A stretch of DNA of 64,000 nucleotides from Oceanispirochaeta sp. (GTDB lineage: Bacteria > Spirochaetota > Spirochaetia > DSM-2461): positions 256,001 through 320,000 of the forward strand of contig CAXXXD010000002.1 in assembly GCA_963663385.2 (NCBI GenBank), in the 5' to 3' direction. The notes under the pieces are model-generated. The model saw nothing but the letters and a program-made list of their open reading frames with translations, had not been told where the DNA came from and searched no databases. A program made the translations under genes and the position numbers. Positions 41,470-52,071 of this stretch are shown here, piece by piece; within the stretch, counting starts at the first letter, position 1, and every line of letters begins with the position of its first letter.

Positions 41470-43554
41470 ATGGCAATTAAAGAAAAGAAAATCCTGATAG
41501 TCGATGATGATCGGGATTTCCGGGAAAGCCTGTGTGATATCCTGGAAATGGAAGGGTATGAGACTTATTCAGCCCATACCAAGATCGAGGGGATGGAAAT
41601 CCTGAAAACCCGCATGCCTCAAATAGCTCTGGTGGATCTGCACCTGGGGCAGTCTAACGGTTTTGAAGTTATTCAGGATCTAAAGCAGTACAATCCCGAT
41701 CTGATCTGTCTGGTCGTAACAGCCCATGTGGATGTGGATTCCGCTATTGAGGCTGTTAAGTACGGAGCATACGATTATCTGCGTAAGCCCCTGAGCGGAG
41801 ATGAACTGATTGCCGCCATGGATCGTTGTTTCAAATTTCTGAATCTGGAAATCGGCAACAAAATAGCCAAAAAGTCCATATTGGCAAAAAATAATGAGCT
41901 GGAAGAGATCAATAGCAGGTTGAAGCAGACTGTTGTCTCAAGCACACGATTTAACGAATACAATGAAACGAATGAGCTGCAGTATGCCATCAGAGTAGAG
42001 TTCCAGCGTTTGTTTCCCCATTGTTCGGTAACTTTTTTTATTGTAGATAAAGAGAATGATAAGCGTTTAGTCAAAATAACCGAGACGAATGATGTGGTAA
42101 ATTTGTCTTTCTCCATTGAGGATTGTTCTTTCTGTAAAGATTGGGATCAGAGTTCCACCCTGTTGGATAATCGATTTGATGGTAGGAAAACCCCCATCCC
42201 GCTGTTGAACATGGGTAATGGTTCATTGATGATTGTTCCCTTGTCCGGGGGAAAAAACAAACCACTCGGCTTTTTGTGTATTCACTCCGGAGATGCTGAC
42301 TACTTTACAAGATCCGATGTGGACCTGGCCAACATTCTCTCCTCGGTAAGCTCGTCCTCCCTTCAGTCAATGATTACCAATGAAGAGTTGAAAGTCTCGG
42401 AATTTAAATTCCGCCAGTCCCAGAAACTGGAAGCCCTGGGGCGTTTGGCCGGCGGTATTGCTCATGATTTTAATAACCTTCTTTCGGCAATAAATGGTTA
42501 TGCCGAACTGCTGTTGATGGATTTGCCGGATCAGGAAGACGCCAAAATGAAAATCAACGAGATCCGTCAGGTTGTCCGGCAGGGGTCCTCACTGATTGGC
42601 CAGCTGCTCATGTTCAGCAGAAGCGATAATACGGCAAACAGTATCATTGAGCTTAATACCCTGTTAAACGATTCTGTTAAAATCCTGACCATACTGCTCG
42701 GGGTGGATTACTCTCTTGAACTGGATTTGATTTATAAACCCTGTTTTATTATAGGGAATGCTGACAAATTGAAACAGGTTCTGATCAATCTTGTTGTCAA
42801 TGCTCGGGATGCCATGGAAGGACACGGGAATAAGCTGACTATAAGCACGAAGCTGAAAATGTTGAATTTTGATGACTTCCCCCCCCATTTCAGGGGAGCT
42901 GAAGGGCAATATGTTGAATTAAAGGTATCTGATAACGGCTGCGGCATGGACAAAGAGACTTTAGCCCACATCTTTGATCCCTTCTTTACAACAAAAGAGA
43001 CCGGTAAAGGTACCGGGCTGGGGCTTTCGACTGTTTTCGGCATAATCAATCAGGCAAACGGGTTTATATCGGCAATAAGTCAGAAAGAGAATGGATCCGA
43101 TTTCTTTATCTATCTTCCATTTGCGCAATCAAAAAGCCAGACTAAAAAAAAGGATAAAGAACAAAAGTCTCACACTGACGAATTGAATTATAATGTTCTT
43201 CTGGTGGAAGATGATCGTATCGTCCGGAATGTAATAAGTGAATCGCTTCGGAGAAGAGGGGTAAAAGTCACAGGCGCAGAGAATGGCAGACAGGCATTGC
43301 ATGCCTTTAAAAACAGGGATAGATGCTACGATCTGATTATTACGGATATTATAATGCCTTTAATGAGAGGGGATAAATTTGCAGAGGAAGTCCTTCGTAT
43401 AAAATCCGATCAGAAGATGATTTATATGTCCGGCTTTACCAACGAGAATCTGTTCAGAAACGAAACCTTGAAGGTGAGTGAAAAGAACTTTCTGAGAAAA
43501 CCGTTCTCAAATGATGTTCTTGTTAATATGATTCAGAATATGATGGGAAATTGA
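41470..43554 (+). CDS. Cytoplasmic hybrid kinase REC-GAF-HisKA-HATPase-REC
   Basis: N-terminal REC, GAF-like segment, AHDFNNLL, FFTTKETGKGTGLGL, C-terminal REC. Confidence 0.9.
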   Translation: MAIKEKKILIVDDDRDFRESLCDILEMEGYETYSAHTKIEGMEILKTRMPQIALVDLHLGQSNGFEVIQDLKQYNPDLICLVVTAHVDVDSAIEAVKYGAYDYLRKPLSGDELIAAMDRCFKFLNLEIGNKIAKKSILAKNNELEEINSRLKQTVVSSTRFNEYNETNELQYAIRVEFQRLFPHCSVTFFIVDKENDKRLVKITETNDVVNLSFSIEDCSFCKDWDQSSTLLDNRFDGRKTPIPLLNMGNGSLMIVPLSGGKNKPLGFLCIHSGDADYFTRSDVDLANILSSVSSSSLQSMITNEELKVSEFKFRQSQKLEALGRLAGGIAHDFNNLLSAINGYAELLLMDLPDQEDAKMKINEIRQVVRQGSSLIGQLLMFSRSDNTANSIIELNTLLNDSVKILTILLGVDYSLELDLIYKPCFIIGNADKLKQVLINLVVNARDAMEGHGNKLTISTKLKMLNFDDFPPHFRGAEGQYVELKVSDNGCGMDKETLAHIFDPFFTTKETGKGTGLGLSTVFGIINQANGFISAISQKENGSDFFIYLPFAQSKSQTKKKDKEQKSHTDELNYNVLLVEDDRIVRNVISESLRRRGVKVTGAENGRQALHAFKNRDRCYDLIITDIIMPLMRGDKFAEEVLRIKSDQKMIYMSGFTNENLFRNETLKVSEKNFLRKPFSNDVLVNMIQNMMGN

Positions 43555-43610
43555 ACCAGTTTCTCCCTGTTCCGGAATACTGCTGTTCAGAATTCTCATT
43601 TATCCTTAAA

Positions 43611-44993
43611 TCAATACCCGAGAAAGGATAAGTCTCCCGCCAGAACCATAAGCGACATATAGGTCTGCTGCAGTTCAATACGGGCTTCCTCTTCCTTCCA
43701 GCGGCTTCTCCTTTCGGAGATCTCTGCCGAAAACTGATCTGCTTTAAGAGCCTGGCCGGCTTCAAAACGGGTATCCACAGCTGCTTTCAATCTGGATTGC
43801 CGCAGTAGGGATTCTTTTGCCTGAGTCAGGTTTTCCTCTGCCTGAACAAACTGCTGGTACAGAGTCCGTAATTCCAGAGACAGTTTATCCGTTTGTTCCC
43901 TCAGGAGTTCCTGCTGTCGGAGGATTTCCGTCTGCGTTACTTCTCCGTCAAGACGGTTTGCTTTTCCCGTTCCCAAAGTAAGGGTCAGGGAGAGACCTGC
44001 TATCCAGTTCTCCTGACTGGTCTGGGTATTCTGGCTATTGAAAGTTGCAAGAGGTAAGGCGTAGTTAAAATCCAGATTCCGGTTCTCCCAATTGTAGGAG
44101 GCTGTCCAATCATGATCACCGTATGTCAGAGAAGGTTTTATAAGTAGATTCCAGTCTCTCTTTTCAAGGCGTTCTGCTGTTTCTGTCAGGGAAATAATAC
44201 TGTTTTTCTGATCTGAATAGTCGGCACTAGAGCTCAGGACCTGTTCTGTCATTGCTATGGGTTTTTTCTTTAGGTCTATACTGAATTTCAGGTCTTCCAG
44301 TCGGGGGATCTCATTTATGGATTCGTTTCCCATCAGTCCTCTTGTCTGTTCGAGGGTAAACCATTTGAGCCGCATCTTTAATGAGTTTTCATTCAGGGAA
44401 ACTTCAGCATGCTGCAGCTCCTCCTCCCGGTCTTCCAGAACGGTAAGAGTGGCCGCCCCATTCTCATATAGCTGCAGCGTTCCCTCGTAACGCTCTCTGG
44501 CCAGGTTCTCCTCATCTATAAGAATCGGGTATTCCTGCTGAAGCAGCCAGAGGTCGGAGTAAAGGCGGTACAGCAGTAGAATCTCCTCTCGCTGTACTGT
44601 TTCGAGATTTAGTTGTTCCGTCTGATAATCCCTCTCTGCGCTGCGGAATCTGTCTTCCTGTATCTGGTTTCTCCCCAAAACAAAAGTTACTCCTGTACTC
44701 ATTGTCAGCTCAGTTTCTCCCTGGTCTCCTTCTTCGGAATACTGGGTTTTTACACCTGGCTGGACAGACAGTTCCGCATCCCCAGGATGGCGGGAAAGGT
44801 CTATTTCCTGTCTGCTTTTTTCATAGGATTTAAGAGCTGACTGATAACTGGAATTGTTTGTCAGATCTCTTAACGCTTCTTCGAAACTGAGAGTTTTCTC
44901 CTGGGAAAATGCAGACTGTCCGGTTCCCAGAAGGAAAAATAATATGACCAGTATCTTCTTTCCCTTATTGATGTTCCTTGTCGTGTTTTGCAT
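43611..44993 (-). CDS. TolC-like outer membrane efflux protein
   Basis: Signal peptide, duplicated long helices (LYENGAAT / RFEAGQAL), position after an RND and an MFP. Confidence 0.75.
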   Translation of the reverse strand: MQNTTRNINKGKKILVILFFLLGTGQSAFSQEKTLSFEEALRDLTNNSSYQSALKSYEKSRQEIDLSRHPGDAELSVQPGVKTQYSEEGDQGETELTMSTGVTFVLGRNQIQEDRFRSAERDYQTEQLNLETVQREEILLLYRLYSDLWLLQQEYPILIDEENLARERYEGTLQLYENGAATLTVLEDREEELQHAEVSLNENSLKMRLKWFTLEQTRGLMGNESINEIPRLEDLKFSIDLKKKPIAMTEQVLSSSADYSDQKNSIISLTETAERLEKRDWNLLIKPSLTYGDHDWTASYNWENRNLDFNYALPLATFNSQNTQTSQENWIAGLSLTLTLGTGKANRLDGEVTQTEILRQQELLREQTDKLSLELRTLYQQFVQAEENLTQAKESLLRQSRLKAAVDTRFEAGQALKADQFSAEISERRSRWKEEEARIELQQTYMSLMVLAGDLSFLGY

Positions 44994-45002
44994 TTTTGTT
45001 TC

Positions 45003-46337
45003 CTATAATTCCGCGATTTCCATTCTGTAATCAATCGTTTCGGTCACATTGACCGGCGACCCGGGTTTCAGATAGCTTTGTCCCTCTACTACAAGGGCGG
45101 CTCCTTCTTTCAGATCACCCTCTATCTGAACCATTCCCTGTCTGCCCGAACCCAGTTCTACTGGGATCCGTTTACTTATGTTGTCCTCCACGAGGTAGAT
45201 ATAATGATCAGCGCCGTCGGAAATTACCGATTTAAGAGGGACAATGAACCGCGGCTGAAGTCTGGAGAGGGTGATCTGCACTTCCATAAGCATTCCCGGT
45301 AGCAGTCTCTGGTTCCTGTTGGATAATAGAGCCCGAACCTGATAGGTCCTGTTGTTTTCCGGGAGGACATTGTGACCTGTTACGACTCCTTCCATTCCAT
45401 ACCGGGCTGCTGTTGGAGGCTTGGCTTTTACATGGGCTTCTCTCTCTATCCGGGGGATGATATTCTCCGGAACTTCAATAGTTAGACGTACTTCTTCAAG
45501 GTTGACAATTTCTACGTAATCCGATGAATTGACACCCTCTCCCTCGGTGAAGCTCAGCTGTGAAACATATCCCCTTCCGGGACTTGTTCCCAATCTCCCT
45601 GCATAGTCCTCCTGAAGATCCTCAAGCTCTGTTTTCCGGGTAAGACGGAGCTTTTCCAGATTCAGCTGGGCTTCTGTCAGAGCCTGGTCAGCCTTCTCCA
45701 TATCCTGTCTGGTAACAAGATCCCTTTCGAAAAAAGTCTGGTTTCTCTCTTTTTCTTTCGCTGCTTCTTCAAGACGGATCTGAGCCAGAGTCAATTCTGT
45801 TTCCCATTTTTCTTCTGTTCTTTCTATATTTTTCAGCCATTCGCTGCTGTCAAGGGAGAAAAGAAGATCCCCCGGTTCAACAAAATCTCCTTCGGACACA
45901 TATACCTTTGCGGCTGTTCCAGAAGCCGCCGGAGCAATTCTCATCACTTTTCCGGCTTCTACTTCTCCCAGCCCGTAGTAGGTAATCTCCAGGGGGCCCA
46001 TACTGAGAGGTGCTGTAATAACAGAAACAGGTTTTGCTGTGGAGGGAGCGGGTGCAGGAGATTTTTCTGCTGTACTTTCCGGGGCAGATTCCTCTCCGGA
46101 TTCCAGAGATGTCAGGTACTTGTCCCAGGATTCCTGCTTCTTCTCCTCCGTAAAACTGTCCCATTTCTCCTGGGTAGCCTGACTTCCCGGAGGAGGAGTC
46201 GACAGGTCTGCAGCTGCAGTGGGCGCGGAGCCGGTTGGTTCAGCCACGGGTAATCCGCCTCCGTTTTCTGCCTTACAGGCGAAAAGCAGTAATAGAAAAA
46301 GGGCTGGTATGATTTTCACAGGAGATTTTTTATTCAT
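45003..46337 (-). CDS. RND periplasmic adaptor (MFP), lipoprotein
   Basis: LLFAC lipobox, VSEGDFVEPGDLLF, LLPGMLM; start moved to ATG 46337. Confidence 0.88.
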   Translation of the reverse strand: MNKKSPVKIIPALFLLLLFACKAENGGGLPVAEPTGSAPTAAADLSTPPPGSQATQEKWDSFTEEKKQESWDKYLTSLESGEESAPESTAEKSPAPAPSTAKPVSVITAPLSMGPLEITYYGLGEVEAGKVMRIAPAASGTAAKVYVSEGDFVEPGDLLFSLDSSEWLKNIERTEEKWETELTLAQIRLEEAAKEKERNQTFFERDLVTRQDMEKADQALTEAQLNLEKLRLTRKTELEDLQEDYAGRLGTSPGRGYVSQLSFTEGEGVNSSDYVEIVNLEEVRLTIEVPENIIPRIEREAHVKAKPPTAARYGMEGVVTGHNVLPENNRTYQVRALLSNRNQRLLPGMLMEVQITLSRLQPRFIVPLKSVISDGADHYIYLVEDNISKRIPVELGSGRQGMVQIEGDLKEGAALVVEGQSYLKPGSPVNVTETIDYRMEIAEL

Positions 46338-46338
46338 T

Positions 46339-49300
46339 TTATTTATCCTCCTCAAGATCAATAAAGACGGGTATTGTTTTCTGGATCCGCTGTTTTAAAT
46401 AATAGGTTGAGTAGAACGTGAGCGGCAGTATCAGGAGTGTCAGCACTGTTGAAGCCATGAGTCCGGATATGAGGGATACGCTCAGCTGGGCAAAATTTTC
46501 ATCCTTGAATGCCAGCGGGAGCATGCCTCCGATGGTGGTAAGACTGGTAGCCAGAACGGGTGCAAAACGGGAACGGCCGGCTTTTGTGAGGGCCGGGATG
46601 AGTTCCTCTCCTTCTTTTCTGAATCGGTTAACTGTATCCACAAGGACTATGGCATCATTCACAACGATTCCTACAAGGGCAATAACCCCCATAAATGCAT
46701 AAAGTCCGAAATTGTTACCTGTAAGAATGAGTCCGGTATAAACACCGATAATCGACATAGGTACGGAGAGCATGATAACCAGAGACTGACTGAACGAATC
46801 AAACTGAATAGCAAGAATTAAAAATACCACTACCAGTGCGGCAAGGAAGTTATAGAACATACTTCCCAGAGACGCATCAAGATCGGCTGCCTCTCCTGCC
46901 CAGGAGTAGGTAATACCGTCAGGGAGAGCAGGTCCTATGGACTGGTTCTGTTCAAATCCTGCAACAATTTCTCTGATATTGGCATCGGGAAGCATCTGAG
47001 CCATAACCGTAACAGTCCTTATCCCCTGGCTATGGCGTATTGTGCCGTAACCCCGGGTTCGTATGATATCGGTGACGTGGGATATGGGCAGTATTTCCCC
47101 GTTTTTCAGAGTTATAAGAATCTTGTTCAAATCATCCATGGAATCTCTTGAATCCTGATTGATATCCAGAAGGATTTCCAGTTCTCCCTCCTTAACCAGA
47201 AGGGTTCCCACCGATTGACCGTCCAGAAAGGAACGGACCTGCGTTCCCAGCATGGTGGAATCTACTCCGACGGCTGCTGCATAGAGACTCCTGGGAAGTA
47301 TCTGCAGCTCCGGGTAGCCATTTTCCCAATCGCTTAATACTCCACGAACCCCGTTTACTGATGATAATTTTGCCGACAGGGTTTCCGATGCAGTCCGCAG
47401 GGCATCAAGGTCCTCTCCCATAACTTTTATCTGAACGGGGCTGTTGGCTGTTTTCCCTCCTGCCTGTGTGCCTACGGTAATCCTCGCTCCAGGTATGTCC
47501 GAAAGAAGCCCCATCAGTTCGGGGATCTTCTTCTGGGTCGTCCAGGATCGTTGATCCGGCGGGAGCAGGTTCATCACAACCTGGGCATCCCTGTTGGACG
47601 TAAGTCCTACTTCGCTGTATATACTGCCTATCCCGTCTATCTTCAACAGTTTCTCTTCCACTTTTCTGGTTATACGGTCCGTATTGTCCAGAGTGCTGTA
47701 TTCCGGTGCCGTTATTACTGCATAAAGGGCGGTTTCATCTTTGATGGGAAACAGTTCAATCTTAAGATATCCGGAAAAAAGACCCCAGAAAACTACCCCC
47801 AGAAGAGCAAACATGGTACCCGGAAGCAGGATCCTGTAAAATCTGTGATTTAAAATGATTCCCAATATTCTTTCATAAGATCCGGCAGTGGCATCGAAGG
47901 CGTCAAATCCCCTCCGGCGGAAATACACCCTTAAGGTCATGAAAAGCCCCATGAGCAGGGTCATTATAAGTGAAAGGAGTCCGGGTTTCCCGTTTTCAAA
48001 AAAAGCCCACCCAAACAGAAGAGATACAAGAATTGCCAGGATGAAGTCCCGTCCCGGGGGAGACTTTTCATCTTCCGGCAATTCCTCTTTCCTTATGTTC
48101 TGCTGAAGCCATCGGGCGCTCAGGGCTGGTGTCAGTGTAAGGGCTACTAACAGAGAGGAGCCGATAATGAAAATCACCGTAAGGGGAATAACACTGATGA
48201 TCATTCCTATCCGGCCTTCCATAAGGGCCAGGGGTATAAAGGCGGCCATTGTGGTTAATGTGGCTGCAAAAATGGAAGGAGCTGCCTCGCTGGTTGCATT
48301 TTTAACGGCCGTAGTAAGAGATTCGCTCTTTTTTCTGTGATCCACTATACTTTCAACGATAACAATTCCATTGTCTACTAACAGGCCCAGGGCTATTATC
48401 ATAGCCAGAAGTGTCATCGTATTAAAAGTCATACCGGACATCTCCATGGCTGCGAAGCTTATAAACATGGAAAAGGGTATTATAAGACTTGTTATAAGAG
48501 CCTCCCGTATTCCCAGAAAGAGATAGAGAACCAGGATAACGATAAGAAGACCTGAAAAGGCGTTACCCAGTACATCGGAAAGATCCTGACGAACAGTAAC
48601 GGCGTCATCCTGGATAATTTGTATATCCATTCCGGATAATAGTTCCGTAGGTTTCAGTTCTTCCAGCAGTTCGTAAACCTTCCGGCTGGGGCCGACTATA
48701 TCAGACCCGCCGTCTCTGTAGAGAGATAGAGTTACGGATGGCAGCATTTTCGCGTTTTCCGTACTGAGTCCTACTGCCCGCCTCGACAGAGTCTCTCCGG
48801 GAACAGAATGTAATTTCACAGAAGCCAGATCTTTTAAAAGGCGAAAGCCTCCCCCCGGCAGGGGAATCTGGGTCCGCTGTATCTGCTCGACTGACGCAAG
48901 GGCGCCCAGAACGCGGACATAGTATAACATCCCGTCCAGTTCTGCCTCTCCGGCTGGAGTGTCCTTGTGATTGAGTCTAACCGCTTGAAGAATGTCGTCA
49001 GAAGCAAGCCCGTATTCTGCCAGTACTGCAGGTGAATACTCAATCAGGATTTCCTCTCTGCCCAGTCCGGATAAGCGTAATTCGCTAACCCCATCCAGAG
49101 CCTGTAATCGACGCTCCAGCAGAAGGGATGCCTCCCTTAAATTCTCCGGATCTACATCTCCTGCCAGACTCAGAACCAGAAACGCTCTGTTCGCAGTTGT
49201 TGATACCCGTATGGTCGGAGCGTCTGCTTCTTCCGGCAGATCCCTTAAAACAAGATCAACCGCTTTGGTAACAGCATCATTGTTTTCCTCCAGGTCACTT

Positions 49301-49620
49301 TCCGGATAAAAATCCAGCTGTATTTCACTCCTTCCCGCCAGGGATGAGGAGCTGATAAATTCCAGATCCGGAAGATTGATCAGCACTGCTTCAAGGCGGT
49401 TGGTTATTAATTGTTCTACATCACGGGGACTGGCTCCAGTGTAATTGGTGGCTATTTTAATTGTAGGGAAGACGATCTCCGGTTTGGACTCCCTGGGTAA
49501 TTTATTATAGATGCCCAGGCCTGCAATCGTAATCATTACGATCCCGAGATAAATAATTCTGTATTTATCTACGCTTAATGATGATAATTTTCCCAATATA
49601 CCTGATTCTTCTTTCATCAT
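46339..49620 (-). CDS. RND efflux permease (AcrB family)
   Basis: YTGASPRDVEQLIT, GLLVDNGIVIVE, GIVVNDAIVLVD, RFAPVLATSLTT. Confidence 0.93.
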   Translation of the reverse strand: MMKEESGILGKLSSLSVDKYRIIYLGIVMITIAGLGIYNKLPRESKPEIVFPTIKIATNYTGASPRDVEQLITNRLEAVLINLPDLEFISSSSLAGRSEIQLDFYPESDLEENNDAVTKAVDLVLRDLPEEADAPTIRVSTTANRAFLVLSLAGDVDPENLREASLLLERRLQALDGVSELRLSGLGREEILIEYSPAVLAEYGLASDDILQAVRLNHKDTPAGEAELDGMLYYVRVLGALASVEQIQRTQIPLPGGGFRLLKDLASVKLHSVPGETLSRRAVGLSTENAKMLPSVTLSLYRDGGSDIVGPSRKVYELLEELKPTELLSGMDIQIIQDDAVTVRQDLSDVLGNAFSGLLIVILVLYLFLGIREALITSLIIPFSMFISFAAMEMSGMTFNTMTLLAMIIALGLLVDNGIVIVESIVDHRKKSESLTTAVKNATSEAAPSIFAATLTTMAAFIPLALMEGRIGMIISVIPLTVIFIIGSSLLVALTLTPALSARWLQQNIRKEELPEDEKSPPGRDFILAILVSLLFGWAFFENGKPGLLSLIMTLLMGLFMTLRVYFRRRGFDAFDATAGSYERILGIILNHRFYRILLPGTMFALLGVVFWGLFSGYLKIELFPIKDETALYAVITAPEYSTLDNTDRITRKVEEKLLKIDGIGSIYSEVGLTSNRDAQVVMNLLPPDQRSWTTQKKIPELMGLLSDIPGARITVGTQAGGKTANSPVQIKVMGEDLDALRTASETLSAKLSSVNGVRGVLSDWENGYPELQILPRSLYAAAVGVDSTMLGTQVRSFLDGQSVGTLLVKEGELEILLDINQDSRDSMDDLNKILITLKNGEILPISHVTDIIRTRGYGTIRHSQGIRTVTVMAQMLPDANIREIVAGFEQNQSIGPALPDGITYSWAGEAADLDASLGSMFYNFLAALVVVFLILAIQFDSFSQSLVIMLSVPMSIIGVYTGLILTGNNFGLYAFMGVIALVGIVVNDAIVLVDTVNRFRKEGEELIPALTKAGRSRFAPVLATSLTTIGGMLPLAFKDENFAQLSVSLISGLMASTVLTLLILPLTFYSTYYLKQRIQKTIPVFIDLEEDK

Positions 49621-49792
49621 CCTGACTCCTGGTTCAAAATTTAGGATAGACTTTTCTCTAAATCAAGATGAATCTTATATATCGAGAATTTTATATTGCC
49701 GTCATTCCAGCCAGGTTTCGATGAGTCCAAAAAGACTTCTGTTCAAGTCCTGACTAATTGACCAGCACCGGCTAATCCATGATAATAAGCTG

Positions 49793-50548
49793 ATGTTCAG
49801 GTCCAAAAAGAGCGATAAGCTCAGCCCTAAAGAGATAGAAGCAGCTCTGGCAAGAATACGCCAGAAATACGATGATCATATAATCTCCTACATGACAGAT
49901 ACCGCAGAAAAATCTGCCTTCGAGGACCGTTATGTCATGGCTCTTCATGCCCGTGTCGATCTTACCCGTTTTGTACAGGAGGAGATCCTTCATCTGCGAC
50001 AGTGGGAAAAGAAAATCCAGGAAGACGCCCTGAAAACCCCTGTCGGGAAAGGACAGCCCAAAAAGAAACAGAAGAGCTTTGCCGACAAGATTATGGATGA
50101 GTTGCAGGAACGTATTGCTCCCTATCCGGATCTGAAATTCGATGATGACGCTTCCCTGGAAGTTCGGAAACTGTATGGAGCCCTCGGTGTTCTGTACAAG
50201 GACCATTGGAACGAATTGAGCGGTTTTCTCCGGAAATTCCACTCTTCCGAACTCAGTTATAATCTGGAAAACCGTCTGCTCCGCATGACCGTAATGGGGG
50301 CGGATGATGTCCCCCCCGAGCTGGAGCGGTATAAGTTTCTGCTGACCCAGCGGGGCAAGTATACTACAGAGCTTTTCCGGGAGGCTCAGGAGAGCATCAA
50401 GCGGGCCTCCTTTTTTCTGCATGACCTCCGAATTCTGCTGCAGGAGTGCCGGGAACGGGGAATTCTTAATGAAAATGTTGAAAATGCCTATAAATATGTA
50501 GACAATATAATACAGGATTTCAGATTGAAGGATCTTAAGAAATACTAA
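49793..50548 (+). CDS. Hypothetical alpha-helical protein
   Basis: 251-aa ORF with coding-like composition, co-directional with trxA. Confidence 0.75.
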   Translation: MFRSKKSDKLSPKEIEAALARIRQKYDDHIISYMTDTAEKSAFEDRYVMALHARVDLTRFVQEEILHLRQWEKKIQEDALKTPVGKGQPKKKQKSFADKIMDELQERIAPYPDLKFDDDASLEVRKLYGALGVLYKDHWNELSGFLRKFHSSELSYNLENRLLRMTVMGADDVPPELERYKFLLTQRGKYTTELFREAQESIKRASFFLHDLRILLQECRERGILNENVENAYKYVDNIIQDFRLKDLKKY

Positions 50549-50593
50549 TATGTCTGCTCCTTGACCGGGGGCAGTTAATCATGAGGAGAATAT

Positions 50594-50911
50594 ATGTCAG
50601 AAGTAATTATTACGGATGAAAATTTTGAAGAAGAGGTATTGAAGGCTGACAAACCTGTACTGATTGATTTCTGGGCTGAGTGGTGTGTTCCCTGTAAGAT
50701 GCTGGGCCCTCTTGTAGCAGAAATAGCCGAGGAGAATGACGCTATCGTTGTCGGAAAAGCCAATGTGGATGATGCTCCTGAAACAGCGGGTCGATACGGA
50801 ATCCAGAGTATTCCCACTCTGATGGTTTTTAACAAAGGCGAAGTGGTTAAGCAGAATGTCGGTGTTATCCCCCGGGAATCTATCGAAGAGATGTTTAAAG
50901 ACCTCATCTGA
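50594..50911 (+). CDS. trxA: Thioredoxin
   Basis: DFWAEWCVPCKM, YGIQSIPTL; GAGGAG RBS. Confidence 0.93.
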   Translation: MSEVIITDENFEEEVLKADKPVLIDFWAEWCVPCKMLGPLVAEIAEENDAIVVGKANVDDAPETAGRYGIQSIPTLMVFNKGEVVKQNVGVIPRESIEEMFKDLI

Positions 50912-50914
50912 TTC

Positions 50915-51946
50915 TTATTCCTGGTGAACATATACCTCGTCGGTATTTGCCTCCCCGAAGGATTTTCCCCCTGTCGGGGTTGTATGCCAGTCCGCTGCGC
51001 TGTCTGTATCCTCAGACAGGCTGCTGCGGCTGAGAGTTCTTGTTCCTGTCGTATAGTCGGATCGGACCGCTTCTTCCGGTGGTATATCAGTACTAGTGAA
51101 TTTCCAGTCTCCCGTATCGTATAAATCCACAACAGCATCATATGTGGCACTGGTCCATCCCAGAAATTCATCCTCCGGATCCGTCTCCCGGTCGGAGTAG
51201 ATTATACAATCCATCAGTACTCCCTCGGGAGATGAATACAGGGTAAGTACCCCGTTATTACCGGATAATCCGGAGTCCTCGGGCAGCCACAGGTCCCAGG
51301 CTTCGTCATGAGAGAGTTTCCCCCCTGAAACATCCTTCTCCGTATCTTCATCAATCTCTTCGCTTATCCCTTCGGGACGGCAGTGTATCAGCAGATAATC
51401 CTCCGCTTCCACCTCCAGGGCAGGCAGTATGTACTTATACTCATTATGAGAGGCCGTGCCGTAATACAGGGTCATCCCTGCTGTACTGCCTCCTCTTGTA
51501 AAGAAAATTTCCAGGGTATCCGTATTGTTTCCCGAACCTTTGGGATTGAGTTCATTGATCAGGGCCTCGGGAAGGGCGGGGTTCCAGCCCCAGAAGCGGA
51601 TCAGGAAGTTATTGGAATTCCCGGAATGATCCTCAACGGAGACAGGCGCGATATAAACCTTACCCGGATCCAGTCTGCTGTCCGGTGTAAGAACCAGGCA
51701 GTTTTCATTCCGGATGCTGAGAGATGCCGTATCCCCGCTGTCCAGAACGGTTTTATCTTCAGAAAGGCAGAGGGGCTCGTTAAAATGGAAATAGACCGTT
51801 TCTCCCTGAGACGAATCTGTTTCCACTAGTCTGGGGGGAGTCAGATCCAGCTGAATATCCGGAAGGATAAGGACCGGATCTTCCTCTTTCATGGAACAGG
51901 AGAAAAGAAAAAACAGAAGTGTCTGTAGTATAACGGCATATTTCAC
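50915..51946 (-). CDS. Hypothetical lipoprotein (Ig-like plus lamin-tail-like domains)
   Basis: Lipobox LFSC, DLTPPRL, LINEL..DTLEI, GLSGNNG, DTDSAADW...T.G.AN. Confidence 0.6.
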   Translation of the reverse strand: MKYAVILQTLLFFLFSCSMKEEDPVLILPDIQLDLTPPRLVETDSSQGETVYFHFNEPLCLSEDKTVLDSGDTASLSIRNENCLVLTPDSRLDPGKVYIAPVSVEDHSGNSNNFLIRFWGWNPALPEALINELNPKGSGNNTDTLEIFFTRGGSTAGMTLYYGTASHNEYKYILPALEVEAEDYLLIHCRPEGISEEIDEDTEKDVSGGKLSHDEAWDLWLPEDSGLSGNNGVLTLYSSPEGVLMDCIIYSDRETDPEDEFLGWTSATYDAVVDLYDTGDWKFTSTDIPPEEAVRSDYTTGTRTLSRSSLSEDTDSAADWHTTPTGGKSFGEANTDEVYVHQE

Positions 51947-52071
51947 GATACGGCCTCCCTTGTTTCTCTTTAAGGGGCAGAACCGGGCTGTGAATTCAAA
52001 GGACTCTCATTTATCGATTCATTTTCATGAAAACAATCAGGTCTCCTGCGCAGATCGCCGATAAGGAGTGT

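Noticed and set aside
50594..50911. Thioredoxin WCVPC instead of WCGPC
   Set aside because: Ordinary CXXC variation
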